From Eledone cirrhosa (lineage: Eukaryota): 64,000 nucleotides of DNA. The stretch spans positions 25,544,001 through 25,608,000 of the forward strand of contig OZ024759.1 of assembly GCA_964016885.1 (NCBI GenBank), given 5' to 3'. Below the pieces are notes generated by a model. It ran no database searches. It saw only the letters and a program-made list of their open reading frames with translations, and had not been told where the DNA came from. The position numbers and the translations under genes were made by a program. Positions 15,031 to 29,461 of this stretch are shown one piece after another; the first letter of the stretch is position 1, and every line of letters starts with the position of its first letter.

Positions 15031-15033
<3 letters not shown>

Positions 15034-15221
15034 CGAAGGAGTTGTGGTAAGGAACCAGATGGACCATAACGCACCAGAGTACTCAATACTTAGGGTAGTA
15101 GAGTGGGTAATAGAAAAAAGTATGACCCCGAAGGCAGAGCTCAAGCCGTTTCGACGGCTATTTCTGGACCAGAAATAGCCGTCGAAACGGCTTGAGCTCT
15201 GCCATCGGGGTCATACTTTTT

Positions 15222-15226
<5 letters not shown>
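15031..15226. mobile_element. Family E fold-back element; palindrome 15110-15226 centred on 15168 (copies at 24999-25150, 29975-30145, 37606-37710)
   Basis: GAAAAAGTATGACCCCGA.GGCAGAGCTCAAGCCGTTTCGACGGCTATTTCTGG is immediately followed by its reverse complement; contains hammerhead 3' half GAAA-CGGC..GCCG-TC. Confidence 0.85.
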
Positions 15227-15288
<62 letters not shown>

Positions 15289-15292
<4 letters not shown>

Positions 15293-16086
15293 ATAATAAT
15301 AAAATTGAAGACTAAAATCCAAAGAGGGCTCGATAAGGAAAATATATATCAAATATATAAGAACCGTAGAGCAAATATTTATTAAAATAACAGATTAAAG
15401 TTTAAGCAAAGAATCGCTGCTTTCACCCTTAACGGGATCTTCTGAAACTAACAAAGTCAATCTGTAAACGCAGAACTGGATATTTCAAAAAACGTTGCAG
15501 CCGGAGGAAGACAGGAAGACGATACTTTGGTTCATGGTGACGTTCGCTGGCAAAGAACGGGAAAAAACGAATAATACGTCATTAATAGGAGCGGTGAAAT
15601 TTGTATCGTATTTATTTACTTTGTTCTTAACTCTGTAGCGGAGATTCATTTGGTCTCCTAGTTAGAATTTTAGTCTACGACTTTTGCTATACCATTTACG
15701 TGGTTTTGTCTTTGCGTGCTTTTGTTCTCCACGCTCCACATATGACTTATTATCTTCGTTTTTTCGTTCATTGCCAGAGAACGTCTATATGCACCACCTA
15801 AGAGAACATTAGTCTACGACCTCTTTTATACCATAAACGTGGTTTTGTCTTTGCGCGTAATTGTTTTTCACCGCTCCTATTAATGACGTATTATTCGTTT
15901 TTTCCCGTTCTTTGCCAGCGAACGTTACCACGAACCAAAGTATCGTCTTCCTGTCTTCCTCCGGCTGCAACGTTTTTTGAAATATCCACTTCTGCGTTTA
16001 CAGATTGACTTTGTTAGTTTCAGAAGATCCCGTTAAGGGTGAAAGCAGCGATTCTTTGCTTAAACTTTAATCTGTTATTTTAATAA

Positions 16087-16089
<3 letters not shown>
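15289..16089. mobile_element. Family F fold-back: about 224-bp inverted arms (15376-15599 / 15866-16089), each with a hammerhead variant (15399-15449 minus, 16016-16066 plus)
   Basis: Arms are reverse complements with few mismatches; both ends abut (TA)n. Confidence 0.88.
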
Positions 16090-16118
<29 letters not shown>

Positions 16119-16468
16119 GTGAGCAACACAAAATATAACTACTTAATTACCAAAGGATCCGAGACAATATTAATAGACGTATATTAATAGTGTCTAGTAT
16201 CCAGAAACCTTTGGTAATGGAAAAGTTATATTTTCTAATTAAATAGCTCTGTTCTATAAATAGAGCACTCTTATTTCCATTGCTTTTTCTTTGAAATTAC
16301 CTAAAACATATATATATATATATATATATATATGTAGATAAATCTACCAAAATATACGGTAGTGTCCAATCCGTATGAAGAACTCAATGTAATCAAATCC
16401 AAATATCATGAAAAGAGAAGATGTATTCAAAATTTTTTCGATGAAAAACACAGGAAAACAGAGTCAAG

Positions 16469-16723
16469 ATAAATTAATAAAAATAATGAATAAAAACAAA
16501 GAAACAGTTCCTTATATTAAAAAATTCATCATTATTTCTGAAGACAGCATATATATGTGTAGGTATGTATATTCCCTCTGATAGTTTGTAAAAATTTTAC
16601 ATAGATCTATATGATATACATACCAACACACACATATATATCCTAGAAACGATCGTAAAATGATGAATTTTTTAATATAAGGAACTGTTTCTTTGTTTTT
16701 ATTCATTATTTTTATTAATTTAT
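16469..16723 (+). ncRNA. Type I hammerhead (complete core, about 100-nt stem II) closed by a 65-bp inverted repeat
   Basis: CTGAAGA (16538-16544), ATATATATGTGT..GGTATGTATAT / ATATACATACC..ACACATATATAT stem II, GAAA (16646-16649), CGATCG, TA (16656-16657); arms 16469-16533 / 16659-16723. Confidence 0.7.
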
Positions 16724-16901
16724 ATATATATATATATATATTTATATAGCAAAAATATTGATGTAATTCAATTCAAGAACTCAACGTGCATTTTCCTCAC
16801 AGGAGAGACGGAGTATTCTTATTTTTAGAATAAGGAAATACAAAGTTCAGATGATAAAGGTTGTGGTATATATATATATGTATGTATGTATATATATATA
16901 T

Positions 16902-17271
16902 CCGGGAGAGATGACCCCTTAGCTTTTGTCAAGGCAACCCTGATGGTATCCAATGATGTTGACTTGTTCTTCTTTTTGGTAAATATTATCTTGGTTAAGA
17001 GAGTGGGACTGGCTTTGTGCAATGCCTTTGCTCACTATAAAAGCTTCACGGCACAGGCATTGCTTTTTATCTGGAGATCTCTCTGCACTTGTCGTCACAT
17101 GGTACCATGGGCCCAGCACTATGTGTCAATAATTGTCACAAGTGTAGTGTTTGTACCAGAGTTTTCATGTCGCAGGCTGGACTAAAAAATTCCACTCGTT
17201 CAGCGCATCGGTAGGGGTTCTCCTACATGGATATAAAGTAGTGGCCGTACTCGAAAACGAGTTGGCAGCCA

Positions 17272-17275
<4 letters not shown>
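16902..17275. mobile_element. Dispersed repeat, near-identical to 35388-35800
   Basis: CCGGGAGAGATGACCCCTTAGC...GGCAGCCACCATATA is present twice; this copy lacks about 40 bp between two GCAA-like motifs. Confidence 0.85.
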
Positions 17276-17323
<48 letters not shown>

Positions 17324-17900
17324 GCATATATACGGCTCAGTAGTTACCGATGATGTTGACCTTTTCTTCTTTTCGGGTTATAGCTACTGTTTCTCAGAGA
17401 GTGGGATTGGCTCAGTGCACAGTCTTTCCTCACTTTAAAAAATATCTTCACGCACAGAATTAATTAATAATTATTAATAATGTTATATCGTGCAATGGCC
17501 ATACTCAATGACGAGGAAACAGCCATCATCATATATGTATGTATATATATAGTGTTTTTATGACCTTTGCAAGCTTTGAAAACTTAGGTAGCAAGCAACT
17601 GTGTTGAGGATATATTTATAATAATATATCATTACTTTAGCTCAGTACTTAACATAGATCGCTCTTTTTTCTTTATCTGGTCCACGGAAACCTTTGCCCC
17701 TATATGATGATTACCAGAAGAACTAGATGCCATCATATTCCATTCTATGCAGTGATGGGTTGGTTGTCTCATCTACTCCTATACTTTGCGCGCTCAGAAT
17801 TAAATTTACAGAGGTGATTAATTGAAACTTTTCAGATTTTTTGTTCCCATGTAGCCTAAGAATGAAAGAATCTGAAATATGATTCGTTACAACTGTGATC

Positions 17901-17966
<66 letters not shown>

Positions 17967-18077
17967 GAGAGAGAGAGTGAGAGAGAGAGAGAAAGAAGAG
18001 AAAGATGGGGAGGGGGATAGATAGAGAGGTGGGTGAGGAAGAGATGGAGAGATAGATAGATAGAGAGATAGATTGAT

Positions 18078-18126
<49 letters not shown>

Positions 18127-18186
18127 AATATATATATATGTGTGAGTGTGTGTGTGTGTGTATGTATATAGGTATATATATATAGG

Positions 18187-18226
<40 letters not shown>

Positions 18227-18456
18227 CATATATATAAACAGAGAGAGAGAGGGATAGATAGATAGAGAGAGAGAGAGAGAGCTGGGTGGGAGAGAGTGAT
18301 AAACAGAGAGCTGGACATGTGGTTAATGAAGTGGAGGGTCAATTGGTTTTCTGTAAGAACGGCTGGCCGGAAGAAAGTCCTTCACCATGACACCGCTACA
18401 CTGGGTGTGTTGGACTTCCCAGTAAAGAGAACAGCTTCATTAGATGTACATATAAC

Positions 18457-18609
<153 letters not shown>

Positions 18610-18673
18610 GTGTGTATACATACATAGACATATATATGGGTGTGTATGTGTATATATATATAAACATACATAA

Positions 18674-18741
<68 letters not shown>

Positions 18742-18824
18742 GTAAACAGAGAACAAAAAACAGAAAAAAGAAGAGGCAGTACAAATGTTATTATTATTAG
18801 TTTCACGCTCGAGAGCGGGGGGGG

Positions 18825-18887
<63 letters not shown>

Positions 18888-19474
18888 AGCGAATGTGAGT
18901 ATTAGACGACGTTTTTCATCTTTTAGGAAGGGAGGTTCATTTATTTTAATATATATTTATAATTTGTTTGTTTGTGTGTGTGAATGAGTGTGTTTATGTG
19001 ACAGCGAGTGTGTGAGTGAATTTGTGAGTGTGTGTGAGTGCGTGTGTGTGAGTGTGTTTGTATGTGTGTGCGAGAGCTCCCATGACATCTGTAAAAGTGA
19101 GGAGTGAATTATTCCCGGATAAATCCAATAGAATCTGAAGTGAGGCAGCCGTCACCCCATTCTGGGAACTGTGGCCCAGAGAGAGGGGGTAGGGAGAGGG
19201 TATGATAGAAGGAGAGGAGATGAAGGAAGGAGAGAGAGAGGATGACAGAGGAGCGAGAGAGCGAGAGAAAGAGGAGAGAGTGTATGTGTAAGACAGTTCG
19301 TAGATAGAGTTATGCCACAGAGATAAACTTCGACGTATTATAATCATAGAATATGACATATCACACGCATAGATTTATATGTATCACACACGCACATTAT
19401 ATATATATGTAATATGATGCATTGCAGATATAGATATACACTATGGCATATCACATATATATACAGTATGATAT

Positions 19475-19585
<111 letters not shown>

Positions 19586-19811
19586 CATAGATCATAATAC
19601 ACGTCATATATTATATATCACAGATACAATATGATATATGACAGCTATAGATAGAGTATGATATATCCCGTCACCAGTCTATGGATTACCTTCTTCCACT
19701 AGTTCTAGACATCCCCAAAGAAGTCATTAGCGCCATCTTTCACCTTCTAAACCACTAAAATTACAATTAAAATAATAAAAAAAACATATTACTTATATTC
19801 TTCAATTCTCC

Positions 19812-20097
19812 AGACTGTGTCATTTGGTATCGAGGGTTCTAGCATAATTGAGAGTTCAGGCAGAATTCAGTTCTCAAGACTACGTTACCTGGTATCGAGG
19901 GTTCAGACTTAAATAAGAGTTCAGGCAGAATTCAGTTCTCAAGACTGCGCCATCTGATATCGAAGGTTCAGGCAGAATTCAGTTATCAAGACTGTGTAAT
20001 CTGGTATCGAAGGTTCAGGCAGAATTCAGTTCTCAAGACTGTGCCAATTGGTATCGAGGTTTCAAGCAGAATTGAGAGATCAGGTAGAATTCAGTTT
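19812..20097. repeat. Minisatellite, about 46/62-bp unit x5
   Basis: CAAGACTGTGTCATCTGGTATCGARGGTTCAGGCAGAATTCAGTTCT repeated. Confidence 0.9.
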
Positions 20098-20433
20098 GTA
20101 TATCAACAAAGACTATAAAACTGAGTTTCAAGCTTTGTTTCAGAAAAAAAGACTGATATATAAAAACGGTTTTAATAACACTTGAGATGAGGAGATTGCA
20201 TAAACACCTTGTTGAGATGCTTAATATTCTAAGAGGACAATGGATATTAGTTGCAAAAAATACTTTACTTCGCTTTGTAATAAAATCAGTATTATTTAGG
20301 GAAGGAGGGCATTGCCAAGTATAGATTTAATTCAAGGAAAATTCATCTAAACGCATATTAAGTGTTGTCTATTCTACTTCAACTATGTTTATATTCGCAG
20401 CATTAAGTATTTTAACACCAACTTTACTTGTAA

Positions 20434-20725
20434 TATATTAACATACTTTCGGGAACTTAATAAAATACCAACATACTAACATACTTTCGGAGACTTGATA
20501 AATTAAAGTACCGGCATATTAACATACTTTCGGGACTTAATATATTAACATACTTTTGGGGACTTGATAAAATAAAGTACCAATGTACTGAGATATTTTT
20601 GGGGGAACCTGATATAATAAAGTACCAATATATTAACATATTTTTGGGGACCTGATGAATTAAGGTACCAACATATTGATATATTTTCGGGGACTTGATA
20701 AAATAAAATACCCACATATTCACAT
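20434..20725. repeat. Minisatellite, about 39-bp unit x7-8
   Basis: ATATTAACATACTTTCGGGACTTGATAAAATAAAGTACCAA repeated. Confidence 0.85.
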
Positions 20726-20734
20726 AAGGCACCT

Positions 20735-20965
20735 AATTGGCTGAGTCGTTAGAACGTCGGATAGAATGCTTTGTGGTATTCGTTCTGGATCTCTGCTCTC
20801 CCAGTTCAAATCCCGCTGAGGTTAACTTTGTCTTTCATGCTATTGAGGTCAATAAAAAAGTCTAGTACTGGGGTCGATTCTTCCTCTTTATCTCTTTCTT
20901 ATTTCCACTCTTCTCTCACTCTTTCTATCATTCTCTTAAAGAAATCTGCTGTATTTAGACCTGGA
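20735..20965 (+). mobile_element. tRNA-SINE plus 3' extension (related reverse copy at 33490-33670)
   Basis: TGGCTGAGTCGTTAG A box, CAGTTCAAATCCC B box; extension AAGAAATCTGCTGTATTTAGACCTGGAGA. Confidence 0.75.
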
Positions 20966-20993
20966 GAAGTATATATGTATTTCCTTCTTGTTC

Positions 20994-21275
20994 TTCCACT
21001 TATTTATTGGGGGGTCATGAGGCAGAGTCCTTAAACAGGCCTTCCATCGGGTTTTGTTTTCTTGATTTCCCACTTATTCTTGGGAGGGTCGTGGGGGCAG
21101 AGTCTTCAAACGCACCTTCCAGCGGGTCTAATCTTTTTGTTCTCCCACTTATTCCTGAGAGGGTCATGGGGACAGTCCTCCTTTCAGCAGGTCCTGTCAG
21201 AAGCAACCATCTCCAATTGATCCAGGAGGATGAGGCCAGTCGAGTTCATGGGTGTTGTCATTATCCAACCATCTT
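20994..21275 (+). repeat. Repeat family with an about 75-bp internal triplication (reverse copy at 11778-11916)
   Basis: CCCACTTATTC.TG.GAGGGTC.TGGGG x3; CCTGTCAGAAGCAACCAT shared with the 11.8-kb copy. Confidence 0.75.
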
Positions 21276-21499
21276 ACTCGGGAGGAAGGAATAAGTCTAC
21301 CCCAGCGTTTCCTGCCAGTTAGATTTTGCGCCACTCCACCCGTCCCTGTAAAACATTTTATTTTCTGTTTTTCAAATTATTCAATAAATAAATACATTTT
21401 TTATTTACCATTTTTGTTGTTGTTTTCTTTTTTTTCTTCGTTGTGTTGAAATAAAATAATAACTATTTCTATAGTGTGTGTAGCAGCTCACACCTATGC

Positions 21500-21718
21500 A
21501 GGTTTAGCTGGCCTCCTCCAAGTTATATCTCGTTGGGGGTGTCTTGGGTAATTTAATGATAGGGACCCTAGTCATATCATCTCATTTCTACAGCTGAGTA
21601 AACTGGAGCAACGGGAAATAAAGTGTCTTGCTCAGGAAACAACACATCACCCGGTCCGAGAATTGAACTCACAACCTTTCGATTGCAAACCCAATGCTCT
21701 AACCACTAAACCATGCGC
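21500..21718 (-). mobile_element. tRNA-SINE, second family (another copy at 49100-49355)
   Basis: ACAGCTGAGTAAACTGGAGCAACG.GAAATAAAGTGTCTTGCTCA...GAATTGAACTC...CTCTAACCACTAAACCATGCGC (reverse A/B boxes). Confidence 0.8.
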
Positions 21719-23203
21719 TATTTCTATTGAATAAGAAAGAAAACAAAGAAATAAGATATTTTAAAAAATACATATATAAAAAAAAAACCCAAAATAAATA
21801 ACGAATGAAACAAACCGATGTTTATACGGAAATGACATTAATAAGGAATTTAGAAGGAAGAATCGTGGCAAGATGTTTGGGAATGTTAGTTGTTTTGAAG
21901 AAACTATGTTGAAGAAATGTGGAAACATCTGTGGATATATGTAAGTAAAGGATATAAATATCTAAATATATTAGTGAAAAGTTACACTAAAACATATCAA
22001 ACGGGAGAGAAGAGAGGGTTATTAAGATATATACACAGAGAAACAACAGTAAAAACACACTGAAAAATGCACACACACACACACACACAGAAACAACACC
22101 AGAAACACACTAAAAATGCACATACACACACACACAGAAACAACACCAGAAACACACTGAAAAATGCACATATATATACACACACACACAGAGCAACAAA
22201 CGGACATTAAACGAAAACCTTAAATCCTAAGACAATGGCAAGAATGTATGTTCGGTAATAAATGTGTTAGGGGGGGGGCGTTGTGGGGGGGGGGGGGGCA
22301 GTGCTGTGTGTGGTGATGTGTGTGGGGCAGTGCTGTGGGAGGTGGTGTGTGTAGGAGGGAGGGGGGATGTGTGTGTGTGTTGGGGCAGTGTTGTGAGGGG
22401 GGGGGGGGCTAATGTGTATGTGTGAGAGCAGTGCTGTCTGTGTAGGGGGAGGGTGTTGCTGTGTGTATGTATCTGTGTGCATGTGTGTGTTACTCGTTCG
22501 TGTATGCGAGTGTGTTGCAGTGTGTATTACTGTATATATGTTTATAGGTGTGTGTGTGTGTGCATGTGTGTGTATGTGTATGTGAGTGTTCTCGTGTATG
22601 TGTGTGTTGCTCTGTGTGGGTAGGTGTGTATGTGTGTCTGTATGTGTGCGTGCATGTGTGTGTATATCTATGTGTGTATGTGTGTGCGTGTGTGTGCATG
22701 TGTGTGTATGTGTGTGTATGTGTATGTATGTGTGTGTATGTGTGTGTGTATATATGTGGATATCTGTGTGTGTATGTGTGTGCATATGTGTGTATGTGTG
22801 TATGTGTGTATGTGTGTGTGTATGTGTGTATGTGTGTATGTGTGTATGTGTGTGTGTGTGTGTGTCTGTGATATTTAAATATAAAACGTAAGAGAAGGAA
22901 GTTATATAAATTGGTGGAGGTGAACATAATAAAAAAAACAAGAAATTAAGAAATTATGGATTGTTGTTGAAACTGCGGATTGGGTTGTTTGATTGTCTCA
23001 GATCCCCATACCACCACACACATGCACACATACACACACACACATATATACATATACATACACACTGACAGACTCATACACACACATACACATACACGTA
23101 CACACACCCACACACATATACATATACACACAGAGCAACATATACACTGACAGACTCATACACACACACATACACACACTTATAGATACACACACACACA
23201 CGT

Positions 23204-23238
<35 letters not shown>

Positions 23239-23533
23239 GACTGATGCACACACAGACCCACACATACACACACAAACCAACCCACAATCATACACAAACA
23301 TACGCCCACACCCATAACCACACCTTAAAATACAAATGGTAATAAATACTATGTAGGTATATAGTAGTATTAGTAGTATTAGTATTAGTAGTAGTAGTAG
23401 TAGTAGTAGAAGTAGTTTATACATGTGTGTGTATGTGCGTGTGCGTGTGTGTGTGTCTGTGCAAGACTATAGAAGAGAAACACAAAGATGCAGAAATACA
23501 AAGTCTTAGATTTGGGAAGAAGCAATGTATGTA

Positions 23534-23588
<55 letters not shown>

Positions 23589-23768
23589 ATGTATGTATAT
23601 ATATATATATATATATATAAATATACATATGTATATATATATATACCTATACATATGCATATATATATATATATATATATACAGATAATTATAAATATAT
23701 AGGTGTGCGTGCGTATTTATGTATGTCTGTACAAACAGGTATACACAACAGCACAGACGCACACACAC

Positions 23769-23838
<70 letters not shown>

Positions 23839-23997
23839 CGCGATATTAATGAGATAGCCGAGTAATTGACTAGTAAACAAGCCTCTCATAGGAGTCAATT
23901 AATTTCTCTGAGTGCTTGGCATGACAAATCACAATACAGCACAAATATACTAATTTGAACAGAAGAAGCGAATACTGGGGCGCCAAATGTCCCCGGA

Positions 23998-24036
<39 letters not shown>

Positions 24037-24267
24037 CATATATTGTTATACTTTAGGGTGGGTCGTGCTGCAAATAAAAACACACCCACCGGTTGGTTTT
24101 CACTTCAATTTATTACAAACTTCCAGTTAGTTTAATAACCGGATGGTTGTTTATTTGTTTTCATTTGTTTGTATTTTTTTTTTTTTTTTTTTTTTTTCTA
24201 TTTTTCTATTTAAAACGAACAGGTGCGTGTGTTTTACTGGCAGCATGACCCACCCAGAGTATAACAT

Positions 24268-24319
<52 letters not shown>

Positions 24320-24349
24320 ATATACATATATATATATACATATATATAA

Positions 24350-24469
<120 letters not shown>

Positions 24470-24558
24470 GTGAAGACTAAAATCCGAAGAGGGCTCGATA
24501 AGGATTATATATATATAAATTTCAGGGTGAAAGCAACTTTAATCTGTTCTTATAATAA

Positions 24559-24634
<76 letters not shown>

Positions 24635-24669
24635 TTATTTATTTATATATAATATTATATTATATTATA

Positions 24670-24890
24670 TATGTTCATGCAGTGACAAAGGCGTTACCCA
24701 AGGTTTCAAGGCTCAAATTTGACCATACCTCCAAAAAAATTAAGAGGCATCAAATTAATGACCTTTTTTCACTCGTATAAACAAACGCCCGAAGAATGGT
24801 TACTATTTTGATGCCTCTTGTTTTCTAGAGGTATGGTCAAATTTGAGCCTTGAAACTTTAACCAAAGCTTTTGTTCCGTGTATGAACATA
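24670..24890. mobile_element. MITE, almost wholly palindromic (about 100-bp TIRs)
   Basis: TATGTTCAT..GTTTCAAGGCTCAAATTTGACCATACCTC..AAGAGGCATCAAA / TTTGATGCCTCTT..GAGGTATGGTCAAATTTGAGCCTTGAAAC..ATGAACATA. Confidence 0.8.
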
Positions 24891-25301
24891 TATAATGTAA
24901 TATTTCTGCTCTCTTCCCGAATGAACACTGTTTTCTTTTTTCCTTTTAATGCCTACGGCTATTACTACATATACATATATATAAATATATACATTATAAA
25001 GCGTCGGACCCAACGGCTAGTTGTTGAAACGGCAAGAGCTCAGCCGTCGGGTCCCGATTCTTTATAATATCACCATATTTACTACCCCAAGTATAGAGTA
25101 TTCTGTTGAGTAAATGGTCTAACTAGTTTTAAACTGGTTCTATCTTGATTTATATATATATATTGAAAGGTAAAGAGAGCGGGAGAGAGAGAGAGAGGGG
25201 GGGGATAAACTCGACACTCCATCCTGGGTGGTGATTCGGTCGTGCCTCGCAGACAAAATAATGAAGGCGTTGCTACGGAGACTAACCAGTGACACCGTTG
25301 C

Positions 25302-25393
25302 AACAGCCATCCCGCCGCACGGGGCGCCTTCCTCAGGCGGGCTGCTGTCTTTCCGATTTTGTGGAGGAAATCGGCAGCACAGGGACCAAGTGC
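25302..25393 (+). ncRNA. Candidate HDV-like ribozyme (degenerate)
   Basis: P1 AACAGCC/GGCTGCT, P3 CGCC-TTCCTCA-GGCG, GT, long P4 hairpin, CCAA, P2 GCAC/GTGC. Confidence 0.35.
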
Positions 25394-26083
25394 AAGGACA
25401 CCAAACGTCAGGACCGAACAAATGGATTGAATGGGGATGAGTTCGGCCTGGCTGCTGTTTTATTATTTTTATATAAGGAGGCAGTGGATTGACAGTATCG
25501 GTAGAGGGTTTGGACAGCATGATTTGTGGTATAGAATTACTGCCCTTTACGTTCTGTTTGTGTGTGTGTGCGTGTGTGATATTATGAGAACCAACACACG
25601 AGAGACTCTGTAGAGTCCTCCATCTATCAATTCTCAGACAGTACAAACCGCAGTAAAGAGCATGTGGCGAGAAGCAATGGAAAATCGTGAATTGTGGAGA
25701 GATTTTGACAGGAATGTTTGACTGTGGTCACAATAATGATGATGATGATGATGATGCACATATGCGTCTCCGGTTTCGATCCCTAGGCGCAGCATTTTGG
25801 TGACAAACACCTGATGATGGCGATGATGATGATGGTAGACGAAGACGGAATAGGGAGTGGTTGGGGTTTTGAAGAGAAGGAAAGAAAGACGAAACATAAA
25901 TACAAAAAAATAATAAAAGAACTACTGTTTGTACCTACATTTTGGTGACCTCGTCCTTCCTCTTAATTATTGTAAAACAACTGACCAAATAACCTACATA
26001 TGCATATGTGCACACATGCACAGGTGCATAGATGCACATATGCACATATATATATGTGTGTAGTTATATATGTATTATATATA

Positions 26084-26129
<46 letters not shown>

Positions 26130-26176
26130 GTGCGTGTGCATGTGTGCATTACGTGTGTATGTAGTTATACACATAG

Positions 26177-26210
<34 letters not shown>

Positions 26211-26398
26211 GTGTGTGTGTAAAGAAAGGAAAAGGAAGATGAAGGAAGGATGTGCAAGTGTGTAATTGCATACGTGCCTAGATGCATAACTTGACCACAG
26301 ACAGACAGACTGACAAACTGACAGTCAGTCATATAATGACATAGACAGAGGTGATAAGATATATATCTATATCTATATCTCTATATATACATGTATAT

Positions 26399-26498
<100 letters not shown>

Positions 26499-26862
26499 TG
26501 GGAGAAAGAGAGAGATGGTGAAGGGTCAACAAGGAGAAAGAAAGGTGAAAGATAGTTAAAAGCGTGGGAAAAAGTGTGAAAGAGCCAGTTAAACTGGACA
26601 GTATGTCGCCAAGAAAGCCATATTGTCTCTTAAGGTGTTTTAGCCTCATTTCCGCCTCCAGCCATTTTCTGCTCACCTCTGAACATGGCTCAAAAGATGT
26701 GGTCATTCTTGTCCTCTATGTTATACACACACACACACACACACACATATGAGAATACACTAATACGCAATGACATACGCACACACATACACATACAAAT
26801 ACACATATACGCACTCACTTACACACACACACATATGTATATATATATATATATATATACAT

Positions 26863-26893
<31 letters not shown>

Positions 26894-27015
26894 CATATAT
26901 ACATATATGCATATGTATATATACATATATACATATATACATATATATATACATATATACATATATATATACATGCATACATATATATATATTTATTTAT
27001 TTATATATATATATA

Positions 27016-27119
<104 letters not shown>

Positions 27120-27153
27120 AATGATGGCGAAGAAGAAGAAGAAGAAGAAGAAG

Positions 27154-27184
<31 letters not shown>

Positions 27185-27930
27185 TAGTATTAATTGCTTC
27201 ATTTGTGTGTATGTTCAGTGATGGTGGGTGAGGGTCAAAGACACAATATGTGACCTGACACTCATAGAAAACGGAAGGTAATTAGAGGCAGAAATATGGT
27301 GGAGTTGTGGTAGTGATAGCGTGGGGGTTGTAGCTGTGGTGGTGGTGGTGGTGGTAGTGTAGCTGTGATGGTGATAGTGATGGTAGTGGTAATGATGGTG
27401 TAGCTGTGGTGGTGGTGGTGATGATGGTGGTGGTGGTGGTGGTGTTGGGGCAATTAGAGGCAGAAATGAGGTGTAGCTGTAGTGATGGTGGTAACAGTAG
27501 TAGAATTGATGATGGAGGTAGTAGTGTGGTTGTTGTGGTGTTTGAGGTATTAGCAGAAGTAGGGTATGGTGGAGGCAAGCCTGTGTTGTCAGTGGTGTTG
27601 TTGTCAGTGGCATTGTGAATTTAATGGCGGTACAGTCATCTTTTCCTCCTCCTTTTTCACAAAGGCTGAAGATTGATGGTGCAAAGCAGATTAATCAGAT
27701 CGGATCATGGAACTCTGAGCATGAAGAAATAAATATTCTTAGTTGCTTTGTACTTTAAATAATATAAAATATCTCTGTGTTTACATATCTAGGGTTCTTA
27801 ATGTCGTAATTACAATTCACACAGATATGTTTTAACGGCTTATAACTCTTTCATTCACTCATTCTTTTGCTTATAGATATATATATAGTAATCATGAAGA
27901 CTAAAATCCGAAGAGGGCTCGATGATAAGG

Positions 27931-27982
<52 letters not shown>

Positions 27983-28045
27983 TATATATAAACACGTAGA
28001 GCAAATACAAATACTTGGTTTAAACTTGGCTTAAACCCTGTAATG

Positions 28046-28133
<88 letters not shown>

Positions 28134-28492
28134 TGCGGTCTGACAGTTGCTTGTTAATTCGTCATATGTCCAACATTTAGTAGGGTTGCTGTTGAAGTCA
28201 GGCTTATGGACCTTCAGGGTAAAGTGTTGTTCCTGTGAGCCAAGGGGTTCGGTGCAGTCTTGTATTTGGAGGTGAGAGAGATAGAGAGAAAGACAGAGAA
28301 GAGTAGATTGAAAAAGAGATATTGAGGAATAATCAACCCCTGAACTGGACTGGTACTTTTACCGAGGTCAAAAGAAAGGAAAGCAAAATTGACCTCGGCA
28401 GGTCATCAACTCCGACAGAGAGCAGAAAGCCGAAACGAATAACCGCAAAGTATTCTATCCGACGTTCTCATGACAATTCGGCGCCGGTAATA

Positions 28493-28542
<50 letters not shown>

Positions 28543-29050
28543 TTATAGATATAGAAGGATGTAGGTGGAGGGAGGAGTACGATAGGATAGAACAGCAAAC
28601 CGCGTTGATCAACAAAGCACGTGACTATAATATATCCACAGAGCACGTGACTATAATACCCACCATCGTAGTTAAACCGAAACCTTTTAGCTGGAATTCT
28701 TGTCTGTTTATTTAGCTTCTGTCATGACTCTTTGCGTTGTTTTCACGGCCTTGAGGGCAATCAGCGTGGATGAGGGCACGAGAGGGGCGATGCGGATCGG
28801 AGGAGGAGGGGTGGGCAGATACTAGGTATATCCTATTGTTATGTATAAAAGATTAATGCCAATACAGGTTTGTCATCCTCCTCCTCCTCATCCTCATCCA
28901 GTTCCTGCGGCTGCTACTCCCACAGTTCCGTTGCTGTTAGATGTGAGCGTATATATATATATATGTATAACACATGTGGTGTTGGAATGTCATATCATGT
29001 GACACCTGTATATTTACAGTCCTTCAGCTTCTCTGCACAATGCCGTCTTA

Positions 29051-29122
<72 letters not shown>

Positions 29123-29135
29123 ACTCTCTCTCCCA

Positions 29136-29238
<103 letters not shown>

Positions 29239-29261
29239 CATATATAGCATGTCTAATATAA

Positions 29262-29461
<200 letters not shown>

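Noticed and set aside
16919-17119. 66-aa ORF conserved in two copies (also 35450-35644)
   Set aside because: Conservation reflects recent repeat duplication; no recognisable domain
19812-20097. CRISPR-like periodic repeat
   Set aside because: Intervening segments are variants of the same unit rather than unique spacers; no cas genes; eukaryotic context
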